A stretch of DNA of 64,000 bases. Origin: Eledone cirrhosa. Taxonomy: Eukaryota. The DNA lies in assembly GCA_964016885.1 (NCBI GenBank), contig OZ024742.1, positions 42,160,001 to 42,224,000 of the forward strand, written 5' to 3'. The translations under genes and the position numbers were made by a program. Position 1 is the stretch's first letter. Every line of letters begins with the position of its first letter. Under the pieces are notes generated by a model. It saw nothing but the letters and a program-made list of their open reading frames with translations, did not search any database and had not been told where the DNA came from. Positions 43,561 to 56,081 of the stretch are shown here, piece after piece.

Positions 43561-44529
43561 ATACCAACATAATGTAGTAATGTATAATTGATTACAAAAG
43601 CAATATTAAATGAAAAAATACTTAGCCTCGATTTTAATTTTACTTGGTATATGAATATCTATTTCTCTGTTGCTTCCATTGAATTTTGCCACTATCTGTC
43701 ACTTGATTATAACTTAATGAAGTCCCTCTCGTTAAAACATCAACAAAAAAAAACCCTCATAGGAGGGCCAGCTAAATATATTCAGGTGTGAGCTATAATA
43801 CGAAACATCAAACTGAAGTTTGATGTCGAATTATTAATAACCTATTATAGTATATCTTAAGATGTCATCTGCCTTTTCTTCTTGATAGCATGCTTTATGA
43901 ATTTTAGTATGGCATATAGTTTATTTCGGCTGTATGCACAACGATGCTTTGGGATCACTGGCTTAGGATGACCCCAGCTTCATTGAGCAAGAGCAAGAAG
44001 AGGAGAAGATATAGTTTATAATACATTCTCTGAAATATCTTTGATGTAAACAGTTACTGTTTCAATTTATTATTGTTTAAGCCTTTTGATACCAAACAAC
44101 TTGAAACCATTTATTTATCTAAAACCCTTCCATCATAATTTTATGTGTGACGAATGCACACCTGGTGCATTCTGTAGATGCAGAAATATATATAAGTGAA
44201 AAGTGGGCCTCCAACCCTTTTGAGAGGTTAGTATCTCCAATAAAGTACTGACTTGGTCAGTGACAACCCATCCAACCCATGCTAACTAGAAAATCAGATA
44301 GTAAATGATCATGATGAACCTTTGTTAAGTTATGTTCTTAACACCATGCTAAAACCCTCCAAATTCTTGATTATTTACAAGATTATTTGAAAATTATAGG
44401 CAGTAACTTTCCTTAGAGACATGGTAATTAAAGTTTTATTTTACAAAACTATCTTAGTTATAAAACAATTGAAATATTCCTTATGATTTATTACATCTAA
44501 TAACTTATATTTGTTGTTTCTATTTTCAG

Positions 44530-44602
44530 ATGGACTTGCTGAAGGTGTTGTTTCCATGGCTTGATTGGAGCTTTGGAAACATGTAAATACTGCTTTATGT
44601 GA
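44530..44602 (+). promoter_or_regulatory. 5' UTR part of the first coding exon, with stacked uORFs
   Basis: Acceptor ttgtttctattttcAG| at 44529/30; uORF 44530-44586 (MDLLKVLFPWLDWSFGNM*), ATG GCT TGA at 44556, in-frame ATG TGA at 44597-44602. Confidence 0.55.
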
Positions 44603-45073
44603 CTAACATGTGTGGTGTGTGAAAAAGAAAGGTTGATATCATTATCAAGGCTAATGGAGCATAAACGAGTTCACACGGGTGAACGTCCCTATGTTTGCCA
44701 GGTATGCCAGAAAAGGTTTACACAGAAGGCTCATTTGGTTATCCATAAACGCACACACACAGGAGAGAAACCATATGCCTGTCATATTTGCCATAAGCGA
44801 TTTGCACAGTCATCTCATCTGAATAACCACAAACGAATCCACACTGGAGAGAAACCTTACTTCTGTAATGTATGTAACTTGGGTTTTAGTCGGAAGCAGA
44901 GGCTAGAGCTACATGTACTACAACATGCACAGCAAAAGAATGCAAACAACCAACAAATAAACAATAATGATGATGTAAACAGTACTAATAGCAATGATAA
45001 TAAGTCAATTGCATTTACATCAGAAGCTGAAGCAGCATACCAACGTCCGCTACTAGATTCTACGCAATCACAG
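44603..45073 (+). CDS. Ikaros/Hunchback-like zinc-finger protein, exon encoding four N-terminal C2H2 fingers (first in-frame ATG at 44654)
   Basis: CVVC..HKRVH-TGERPY-CQVC..HKRTH-TGEKPY-CHIC..HKRIH-TGEKPY-CNVC..HVLQH; phase-0 donor CAG|GTTTGT. Confidence 0.92.
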
Positions 45074-45297
45074 GTTTGTTATTGTCATTTTCCAGTACTT
45101 TTTCTTCTCTCTTTTATTTGAAACATTTTCATTATTGTAACTTTTCTTTTCTTTTTTTTTAAAAGTATGAAACCGTAATTATTACATTAGATTTACTACT
45201 ACATAGATGTGCTATTTTTAAAAAATCATAACAAACTTCAATCAATCTATCAAATCCCCATAACTGGTGCAGCCATTGGGGTGCCACTATATACATT

Positions 45298-45500
45298 TTA
45301 ACCCATTAGTATTTAAACTGACCGTATCCGGCCAGAATTCTCTCACCTCTTTTTGTTCAAACCAGCCATAACTGGCTGCTCATACTTATATTAAGGCGGG
45401 ATTGTTCTCAAAATAAATAATATCAAAATCTCATAGATTTGATATTATGTGAAATAAGTGTTTACCTTTAAAATATAATAGTAAATATAGAGTAAATATA
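45298..45500 (+). mobile_element. piggyBac-like MITE family A
   Basis: TTAAcccattagtatttaaac...gccagaattctctcacctct. Confidence 0.75.
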
Positions 45501-45889
45501 GCCAAAAGTAAGAGTCAAGTCAGAACCAGTGTATATGTCCACCCCTAAGGATGCTGCTGCCAAACATTAAGGTACTCTCTCTAGCTGAACGCCACGGTTT
45601 CGAGATAATGTTTCTTCAAATCCTGGATATTTACTTAGTGATTCTCTCATCATTGCTTCCGCAAATACAGTGAAGTCTATGCTTCACTGCGGCGGTTTAA
45701 TAAGACTGAAATATGTCCAGAGTTATCTCCTATACTCGTTAAAATAATCAATACCAAATATTGTTTTTTGCTGTTTTTTTATGATTAATTAAACAGCAAA
45801 AGATTCTTATTGGCTTTATATATTTACTAGCTGGCTTTATATATTTACTAGCATTGGCATGTTTTACGGCAAAGGTTCTCAAAGGGGGG

Positions 45890-46430
45890 CATACAACACA
45901 TAATAGGACGACATACAACACATAATCAGGTAGCACACACATCTAGGACCACATGCAACACTAAATCAGATAATACACACATCTAGAACCACATACAACA
46001 CATAAGCAGGTAATACACACATCTAGGACCACATACAACACATAAGCAAGTAATACACACATCTAGGACCACATGCAACACATAAGGTGGTAGCACACAC
46101 ATCTAGGACCACATACAACACACAGGCAGGTAATACATACATCTAGGACCACATACAACACACAATCAGGTAATACAAACATCTAGGACCACATACAACA
46201 CATGACCAAGTAATACACACAACTCGGACCACATACAACACACAAGCAGGTAATACATACAGCAATACATAAGCAGGTAATACATACATCTCGGACTACA
46301 TACAACACACAGGCTGGTAATACATACATCTAGGACCACATACAACACACAATCAGGTAATACAAACATCTAGGACTGCATACAACACATAACCAGGTAA
46401 TACATACATCTAGGACCACATACAACACAC
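45890..46430. repeat. 40-bp minisatellite, ~13 units
   Basis: atctaggacc recurs every 40 bp (45941, 45981, 46021 ... 46181). Confidence 0.95.
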
Positions 46431-47493
46431 ATTCTATCATGTGCTACGGACGACGCAGGAGCAATGGTCGGCCAACATAAGGGTTTCGTCACTCTTCTGA
46501 GGAGAGAAAATCTATCTGTATTTGCTGTTCATTGTGTCATTCATCGACAACACTTGGCTGCGAAGAAACTCAGCGAGCTGCTGAGCAAGTCCTTGCAGGT
46601 GGCCATTGTTATCATCAATTTTATCAAACGCCATTCCCTCAATGAACAAATTTTCCGGCAACTGTGCCACGATAATGACGAAGAATTCGTCAAGTTGCTC
46701 TTTCATACTGAAGTGAGGTGGCTTTCAAAGGACAAGTGCCTTACTGACTTCTTTGAACTGTTCAACTCTATCATTGAGTTTCTTCGAGGGCGCAACACAG
46801 AACTGTACAAGAAAACCCTCGATCTGAGGCAAGACTGCACCTACCTCGCTGACATCTTTGACAAATGCAATAGCGTCATTATGGCTTTGCAGGGGAAGAA
46901 GATCACCTTGCTTAAAGAAAGGAATGCTGTGAAAACATTCCTGGCCAAATTGAATGTCATCGAAATGAATCTTTGTTGACGGGAATTCTATAATTTTCCT
47001 AGTGTCGCCAATGTTCAAAACATTGTGAGCGATGACCAACTCCAAATTTAAACCACTCACCTCCATGCACTACAAGACAACATGAGAGAACGGTTTGTTG
47101 ACCTTTTGCCAATGGACATCGCAATGTGGATAGCAGATCCCTTCATAGCTACCGTCAACGATTTGGACGTTAAATTTCAGGAAGAATTCATTGAACTTCA
47201 AGCAGATGACATGATCAAAATTAGGTTTGCCAAAATAGGTGAACCTCTTTTGTGGGTGCAAGAGAAAATTCAGCGTCGATTTCCACTCCTACATGCAGAG
47301 ACTAAGAGATTTGCTCTGCCTTTTCCAAGCTCATACTTAGTCGAGAGGAGGTTTGGTGCTGTTTCCAGACTGCACAGTAAGTCTCGCAACCGCTACAATA
47401 TAATACACATGGAGATCTCTGGCTACATCTTACGAAAATCCAGCCTGGCGTCAAAGAGTTAGCTAGACTCCATAAAGCTCAAGGGTTCCATTG
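46431..47493 (+). pseudogene. hAT transposase C-terminal half, with in-frame stops and a terminal frameshift
   Basis: TDDAGAMVG, HCVIHRQHL, HTEVRWLS, YLADIF, FPSSYLVERRFGAV (hATC dimerisation domain); stops at 46977 and 47049. Confidence 0.9.
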
Positions 47494-50400
47494 AAATGAG
47501 GTCAAAGTTAAAGTAAGTTGATTTATCTGAAAAGTTGGATATGCTATTGTTACAAAGCAAACTAACAATTTTTTTATTTGTAGTTGCAGTCTGACTGGAC
47601 TGGAAACCATCTACTACAATTCACTTACTCATTTGTTGTATATCTTTTACCACTTACTAATAAATATACCCTCTTATATGGTCATGAAAACCCTCTTCCA
47701 TGGTCTCTAAGCTCACAAAGCGGAGGGGACATCAAGTTAGATATCAACATTTATTCTGTCCGTTTCATTAAAGGGAAAATTGGCACTTTCTTCCAGATAA
47801 GAGCACTCTTTGGATAGACAGAGTTGCTCTTGTATAAATGTTCAAAATAGCTGGTATCGTCTGGTGGGAATATAACATTCAACTGGTCCTTATTCATAAA
47901 AAAGAACATTTATGTTCCTTTTTTTGAAATTTATATATTTCCTTTCAAGGAATGTATTTATACTCTCAGCTGCCTGCAATGGTATCTTTGGAATAATGTT
48001 AATCAATTTTTTAGTAATCGACTGATATCAAGATCAGTAGTATATTGAAAAATGGAAAAATGTGTGGGGGGGGGGGGGGGGGGGGGGGGGGGCGTTTCGT
48101 GATTTTGATGGATAAAAGGGGGCGTTTGGGCTAATGGGTTGAGAACCTGTGTTCTACAGCACCCATATATATATATATATAGCTGACGTACCTAGCTTTG
48201 CTTGGATAAACAGACGATAAGCCATTTGTGTTGTATAGTATTACTCTTGAAAATATATAGTATAGTATTACTGTTGAAAATATATAGTACAGTATTACTG
48301 TTGAAAATATATAGTATAGTATTACTGTTGAAAATATATAGTACAGTATTACTGTTGAAAATATATAGTACAGTATTACTGTTGAAAATATATAGTATAG
48401 TATTACTGTTGAAAATATATAGTACAGTATTACTGTTGAAAATATATAGTATAGTATTACTGTTGAAAATATATAGTACAGTATTACTGTTGAAAATATA
48501 TAGTACAGTATTACTGTTGAAAATATATAGTATAGTATTACTGTTGAAAATATATAGTACAGTATTACTGTTGAAAATATATAGTATAGTATTACTGTTG
48601 AAAATATATAGTATAGTATTACTGTTGAAAATATATAGTACAGTATTACTGTTGAAAATATATAGTACAGTATTACTGTTGAAAATATATAGTACAGTAT
48701 TACTGTTGAAAATATATAGTATAGTATTACTGTTGAAAATATATAGTACAGTATTACTGTTGAAAATATATAGTACAGTATTACTGTTGAAAATATATAG
48801 TATAGTATTACTGTTGAAAATATATAGTATAGTATTACTGTTGAAAATATATAGTACAGTATTACTGTTGAAAACATATAGTATAGTATTACTGTTGAAA
48901 ATATATAGTATAGTATTACTGTTGAAAATATATAGTATAGTATTACTGTTGAAAATATATAGTACAGTATTACTGTTGAAAACATATAGTATAGTATTAC
49001 TGTTGAAAATATATAGTATAGTATTACTGTTGAAAACATATAGTATAGTATTACTGTTGAAAATATATAGTACAGTATTACTGTTGAAAATATATAGTAC
49101 AGTATTACTGTTGAAAATATATAGTACAGTATTACTGTTGAAAATATATAGTACAGTATTACTGTTGAAAACATATAGTATAGTATTACTGTTGAAAATA
49201 TATAGTATAGTATTACTGTTGAAAATATATAGTATAGTATTACTGTTGAAAATATATAGTACAGTATTACTGTTGAAAACATATAGTATAGTATTACTGT
49301 TGAAAATATATAGTATAGTATTACTGTTGAAAACATATAGTATAGTATTACTGTTGAAAATATATAGTACAGTATTACTGTTGAAAATATATAGTACAGT
49401 ATTACTGTTGAAAATATATAGTATAGTATTACTGTTGAAAATATATAGTACAGTATTACTGTTGAAAATATATAGTATAGTATTACTGTTGAAAATATAT
49501 AGTACAGTATTACTGTTGAAAATATATAGTACAGTATTACTGTTGAAAATATATAGTACAGTATTACTGTTGAAAATATATAGTACAGTATTACTGTTGA
49601 AAATATATAGTACAGTATTACTGTTGAAAATATATAGTATAGTATTACTGTTGAAAATATATAGTACAGTATTACTGTTGAAAATATATAGTATAGTATT
49701 ACTGTTGAAAATATATAGTATAGTATTACTGTTGAAAATATATAGTACAGTATTACTGTTGAAAATATATAGTACAGTATTACTGTTGAAAATATATAGT
49801 ACAGTATTACTGTTGAAAATATATAGTATAGTATTACTGTTGAAAATATATAGTATAGTATTACTGTTGAAAATATATAGTACAGTATTACTGTTGAAAA
49901 TATATAGTACAGTATTACTGTTGAAAACATATAGTATAGTATTACTGTTGAAAATATATAGTATAGTATTACTGTTGAAAATATATAGTATAGTATTACT
50001 GTTGAAAATATATAGTACAGTATTACTGTTGAAAACATATAGTATAGTATTACTGTTGAAAATATATAGTATAGTATTACTGTTGAAAACATATAGTATA
50101 GTATTACTGTTGAAAATATATAGTACAGTATTACTGTTGAAAATATATAGTACAGTATTACTGTTGAAAATATATAGTATAGTATTACTGTTGAAAATAT
50201 ATAGTACAGTATTACTGTTGAAAATATATAGTATAGTATTACTGTTGAAAATATATAGTATAGTATTACTGTTGAAAATATATAGTACAGTATTACTGTT
50301 GAAAATATATAGTACAGTATTACTGTTGAAAATATATAGTATAGTATTACTGTTGAAAATATATAGTACAGTATTACTGTTGAAAATATATAGTACAGTA

Positions 50401-50727
50401 TTACTGTTGAAAATATATAGTATAGTATTACTGTTGAAAATATATAGTATAGTATTACTGTTGAAAATATATAGTACAGTATTACTGTTGAAAATATATA
50501 GTACAGTATTACTGTTGAAAACATATAGTATAGTATTACTGTTGAAAATGTATAGTATAGTACAGTATTACTGTTGATAATATATAGTATAGTACAGTAT
50601 TACTATTGAAAACATAGTACAGTACAGTATTACTGTTGAAAATATATAGTATAATATTACTGTTGAAAATATGTTGTACAGTATTACTGTTGAAAATATA
50701 TAGTACAGTATTACTGTACTATATATT

Positions 50728-52246
50728 TGGTGGGCTCTTAGAAAACTATATAGTGGTGGGCTCTTAGAAAACTAGGAGTAGATGAATGGCTTGTGAAAGC
50801 GGTACAAGCCATGTATAGGGGAGCAGTCAGCAAAGTTAGGATTGGCAATGAGTATAGCGAGGAATTTAGCGTACAGGTTGGGGTCCACCAGGGCTCTGTT
50901 CTTAGCCCTCTCCTGTTCATCATAGTCCTGCAGGCAATAACGGAGGAGTTTAAGACCGGATGCCCATGGGAACTCCTGTATGCTGATGACCTCGCACTCA
51001 TAGCTGAATCTATGGTAGAACTAGAGAATAAATTCCAAACCTGGAAGCAGGGACTAGAGAGAAAGGGCCTCAAAGTCAACATGACAAAGACTAAGGTCCT
51101 TATAAGTAGACGAGAAAACAGAACCCAGATCCCCTCAGGGAAATGGCCTTGCTCAGTATGTAGGAAAGGTGTAGGTAGGAACTCCATTCTTTGCCCCAAA
51201 TGCAAACAATGGGTACACAAGAGATGTAGCGGGATCTCAGGAAGCTTAATTAAGAATGTAGGATTCACATGCAGCAGCTGTGCTGAAACAGCAAGCAAAC
51301 AGCCACAGGAAACAAGTACCACCAATCTCTGGGAGGGCCCTGTAGAAACAGTAGACAGCTTCTGCTACCTAGGTGACCGAATTAGCAACGGAGGTGGGTG
51401 CTCAGAAAGTACAATAACTAGGGTAAGAACGGGATGGAAGAAGTTTAGGGAACTACTACCACTGCTAGCTGCAAAAGGCTTCTCCCTCAGAATGAAAGGC
51501 AGACTGTATGATGCGTGTATCCGAACAGCGATGTTGCATGGTAGTGAGACCTGGGCGCTGAAGGTGGAAGACCTACGTAGATTAGAGAGAAACGAAGCCT
51601 GCATGCTCCGATGGATGTGTAACAGTAATATACGTGAACGACAAAGCATAAATGAATTGAGAGAGAGACTGAGCATAAGAGGAATCAAATGCTGCGTGCA
51701 GGAGAGGCGGTTACGCTGGTATGGACATGTGATGCGTATGAAGGATGACAGCTGCATAAAAAGGTGCAGAGCACTAGAAGTTGATGGAAACCGCGGAGTG
51801 GGGAGACCCAAGATGACTTGGGATGAGGTGATAAAAGCCGACCTTACCCAACTACACCTCTCAAAGTCAATGACACACGACCGTGACTTCTGGCGTCACG
51901 CAGTAATACAGGGTACCCGACCTCCCATGGGTACATGCTGAAGCATATAAACAATATGCCCCCCCCTCCCCCCCACCGCAAGGTGGTCGTGGAGGTGCCA
52001 CGGCAAAAAAGCACCCAGCCCACACTGTAAAGTGGACGTGTAGGCGCCACGAAAAAGCACCCAGCACTCACTGTAAATGAGGTTGGTGTTAGGAAGGGCA
52101 TCCAGCTGTAGAAATCAAGCCAGATCAGTTCCTGTATGAGCAAGGCATGGTCAGCCGACCAGACACTGCCCACAACAGGACAACCCGTCTAACCCATGCT
52201 AGCGTGGAAGAACGGACGTAAAACGGTGATGATGATGATGATGATG
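50728..52246 (+). mobile_element. Young 5'-truncated RTE LINE with a (GAT)n tail
   Basis: Uninterrupted frame 50754-51941, 3' UTR, tail gatgatgatg at ~52227-52246. Confidence 0.95.
50754..51941 (+). CDS. RTE reverse transcriptase C-terminal part with an embedded C4HC3 (PHD-like) finger
   Basis: GVHQGSVLSPLLF, LYADD, KVNMTKTKV, CSVC..CPKC..HKRC..CSSC, FCYLG, HGSETW, RLRWYGHV, GRPKMTW. Confidence 0.9.
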   Translation, partial: WWALRKLGVDEWLVKAVQAMYRGAVSKVRIGNEYSEEFSVQVGVHQGSVLSPLLFIIVLQAITEEFKTGCPWELLYADDLALIAESMVELENKFQTWKQGLERKGLKVNMTKTKVLISRRENRTQIPSGKWPCSVCRKGVGRNSILCPKCKQWVHKRCSGISGSLIKNVGFTCSSCAETASKQPQETSTTNLWEGPVETVDSFCYLGDRISNGGGCSESTITRVRTGWKKFRELLPLLAAKGFSLRMKGRLYDACIRTAMLHGSETWALKVEDLRRLERNEACMLRWMCNSNIRERQSINELRERLSIRGIKCCVQERRLRWYGHVMRMKDDSCIKRCRALEVDGNRGVGRPKMTWDEVIKADLTQLHLSKSMTHDRDFWRHAVIQGTRPPMGTC

Positions 52247-55200
52247 AGTACAGTATTACTGTTGAAAATATATAGTACAGTATTACTGTTGAAAATATAT
52301 AGTACAGTATTACTGTTGAAAATATATAGTATAGTATTACTGTTGAAAACATATAGTATAGTATTACTGTTGAAAATATATAGTACAGTATTACTGTTGA
52401 AAATATATAGTACAGTATTACTGTTGAAAATATATAGTATAGTATTACTGTTGAAAATATATAGTACAGTATTACTGTTGAAAATATATAGTATAGTATT
52501 ACTGTTGAAAATATATAGTACAGTATTACTGTTGAAAACATATAGTATAGTATTACTGTTGAAAATATATAGTATAGTATTACTGTTGAAAATATATAGT
52601 ATAGTATTACTGTTGAAAATATATAGTACAGTATTACTGTTGAAAACATATAGTATAGTATTACTGTTGAAAATATATAGTATAGTATTACTGTTGAAAA
52701 CATATAGTATAGTATTACTGTTGAAAATATATAGTACAGTATTACTGTTGAAAATATATAGTACAGTATTACTGTTGAAAATATATAGTATAGTATTACT
52801 GTTGAAAATATATAGTACAGTATTACTGTTGAAAATATATAGTATAGTATTACTGTTGAAAATATATAGTACAGTATTACTGTTGAAAATATATAGTACA
52901 GTATTACTGTTGAAAATATATAGTACAGTATTACTGTTGAAAATATATAGTACAGTATTACTGTTGAAAATATATAGTACAGTATTACTGTTGAAAATAT
53001 ATAGTATAGTATTACTGTTGAAAATATATAGTACAGTATTACTGTTGAAAATATATAGTATAGTATTACTGTTGAAAATATATAGTATAGTATTACTGTT
53101 GAAAATATATAGTACAGTATTACTGTTGAAAATATATAGTACAGTATTACTGTTGAAAATATATAGTACAGTATTACTGTTGAAAATATATAGTATAGTA
53201 TTACTGTTGAAAATATATAGTATAGTATTACTGCTGAAAATATATAGTACAGTATTACTGTTGAAAATATATAGTACAGTATTACTGTTGAAAACATATA
53301 GTATAGTATTACTGTTGAAAATATATAGTATAGTATTACTGTTGAAAATATATAGTATAGTATTACTGTTGAAAATATATAGTACAGTATTACTGTTGAA
53401 AACATATAGTATAGTATTACTGTTGAAAATATATAGTATAGTATTACTGTTGAAAACATATAGTATAGTATTACTGTTGAAAATATATAGTACAGTATTA
53501 CTGTTGAAAATATATAGTACAGTATTACTGTTGAAAATATATAGTATAGTATTACTGTTGAAAATATATAGTACAGTATTACTGTTGAAAATATATAGTA
53601 TAGTATTACTGTTGAAAATATATAGTATAGTATTACTGTTGAAAATATATAGTACAGTATTACTGTTGAAAATATATAGTACAGTATTACTGTTGAAAAT
53701 ATATAGTATAGTATTACTGTTGAAAATATATAGTACAGTATTACTGTTGAAAATATATAGTACAGTATTACTGTTGAAAATATATAGTATAGTATTACTG
53801 TTGAAAATATATAGTATAGTATTACTGTTGAAAATATATAGTACAGTATTACTGTTGAAAATATATAGTACAGTATTACTGTTGAAAACATATAGTATAG
53901 TATTACTGTTGAAAATGTATAGTATAGTACAGTATTACTGTTGATAATATATAGTATAGTACAGTATTACTATTGAAAACATAGTACAGTACAGTATTAC
54001 TGTTGAAAATATATAGTATAATATTACTGTTGAAAATATGTTGTACAGTATTACTGTTGAAAATATATAGTATAGTACAGTATTACTGTTGAAAATATAT
54101 AGTACAGTATTACTGTTGAAAATATATAGTACAGTATTACTGTTGAAAATATATAGTACAGTATTACTGTTGCAAATATATAGTACAGTATTACTGTTGA
54201 AAATATATAGTACAGTATTACTGTTGAAAATATATAGTATAGTATTACTGTTGAAAATATATAGTACAGTATTACTGTTGAAAATATATAGTATAGTATT
54301 ACTGTTGAAAATATATAGTATAGTATTACTGTTGAAAATATATAGTACAGTATTACTGTTGAAAATATATAGTATAGTATTACTGTTGAAAATATATAGT
54401 ATAGTATTACTGTTGAAAATATATAGTACAGTATTACTGTTGAAAATATATAGTACAGTATTACTGTTGAAAATATATAGTATAGTATTACTGTTGAAAA
54501 TATATAGTACAGTATTACTGTTGAAAATATATAGTACAGTATTACTGTTGAAAATATATAGTATAGTATTACTGTTGAAAATATATAGTATAGTATTACT
54601 GTTGAAAATATATAGTACAGTATTACTGTTGAAAATATATAGTACAGTATTACTGTTGAAAACATATAGTATAGTATTACTGTTGAAAATGTATAGTATA
54701 GTACAGTATTACTGTTGATAATATATAGTATAGTACAGTATTACTATTGAAAACATAGTACAGTACAGTATTACTGTTGAAAATATATAGTATAATATTA
54801 CTGTTGAAAATATGTTGTACAGTATTACTGTTGAAAATATATAGTACAGTATTACTGTTGAAAATATATAGTATAGTATTACTGTTGAAAATATATAGTA
54901 TAGTATTACTGTTGAAAATATATAGTACAGTATTACTGTTGATAATATATAGTATAGTACAGTATTACTATTGAAAACATAGTACAGTACAGTATTACTG
55001 TTGAAAATATGTTGTACAGTATTACTGTTGAAAATATATAGTACAGTATTAATGTTGAAAATATATAGTATAGTATTACTGTTGAAAATGTATAGTATAG
55101 TACAGTATTACTGTTGAAAACATATAGTATAGTATTACTGTTGAAAATATATAGTACAGTATTACTGTTGAAAATATATAGTACAGTATTACTGTTGAAA

Positions 55201-56081
55201 ATATATAGTACAGTATTACTGCTGAAAATATATAGTACAGTATTAATGTTGAAAATATGTACACGAATATATAATTATATATATATATAATTAATTAAAA
55301 GTTGGTTAGAAGCAAAGTCAATGCAGACAGACAGACATACAGACAGATATGAGCACGCAACGTTATAGCTATGTATCTATCTAAAAAGACAGAGTAAGAA
55401 AGAGAGAGGAATGTTGTATTATATATATTACATATAATAAAAGTACCAGTAATGTAATCAGCTTTATTAATATAGATAGAGATTGACAATATACACAGAA
55501 ATTTAATCCATAATACATTAAAAAAAATACAATATTATATATAAACTGCAAAATATATGAATGTTTATTTAAGCGATCGCTAAACCGGAAGTGCTGACAT
55601 TTGAAAATTTTAAAGAAGTGAATATTTAGATAAATAATAAAATATCTTTAATCAATAATAAAGAAATTTAATAAACGAAAATACCCTCACTTTCTTCCTT
55701 GGAAAAAGTTACATCTATGGTGCTGTTTGGTCCAGCTGTTTTGCCAAAAGTTTGTTACATACATACAGCCGTCAGCTTTATTAATATAGATACATCTTTT
55801 TGTATTTGTAATTATAATTGTAACAATAAAACCAACAAGTATTTTAAGGTTGTTTTCCTATTGATCATAGAGTCCTTTTTGGGGCAGTGTTTTACAACCA
55901 GATGCCCTTCCTTTTAACCACTTCTTATGATATGCAGAGACATAGTGTACTTATTTGAAACCAGATACACACAGAATTGTAATTGTAATTATGTCAATAT
56001 CACTTCTCATATTTATATTATGTATCATTGAAGACTAGCTTTATGGATTTGCTGGAGCTGCGTTCTTGACAATTATGCTTA

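Larger units (their letters stand above)
45870..48151 (+). mobile_element. Internally deleted hAT (Buster/Charlie, ZBED5/SCAND3-like) DNA transposon
   Basis: TIRs caaaggttctcaa / ttgagaacctgtg; decayed 8-bp TSD tttTAcgg / ttcTAcag; transposase relic inside. Confidence 0.88.
48232..55260. repeat. 27-bp tandem satellite (agtattactgttgaaaatatatagta[c/t]), ~200 units, interrupted by an RTE LINE
   Basis: Directly visible; translates as 9-aa repeats. Confidence 0.98.

Noticed and set aside
45074-45121. ORF extension VCYCHFPVLFLLSFI*
   Set aside because: Read-through into the intron past the phase-0 donor at 45073.
46464-47462. Domesticated ZBED/SCAND-type gene
   Set aside because: In-frame stops, missing N-terminus and retained TIRs/TSD indicate a dead transposon.
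50738-51811. Minus-strand 195- and 148-aa ORFs
   Set aside because: Antisense shadows of the RTE ORF.
48232-55260. CRISPR-like array
   Set aside because: Units are contiguous with no unique spacers, there are no cas genes, and the context is eukaryotic.
48131-55264. Long STVLLLKIY / FSTVILYYI ORFs on both strands
   Set aside because: By-products of a stop-free 27-bp satellite; no evidence of coding function.
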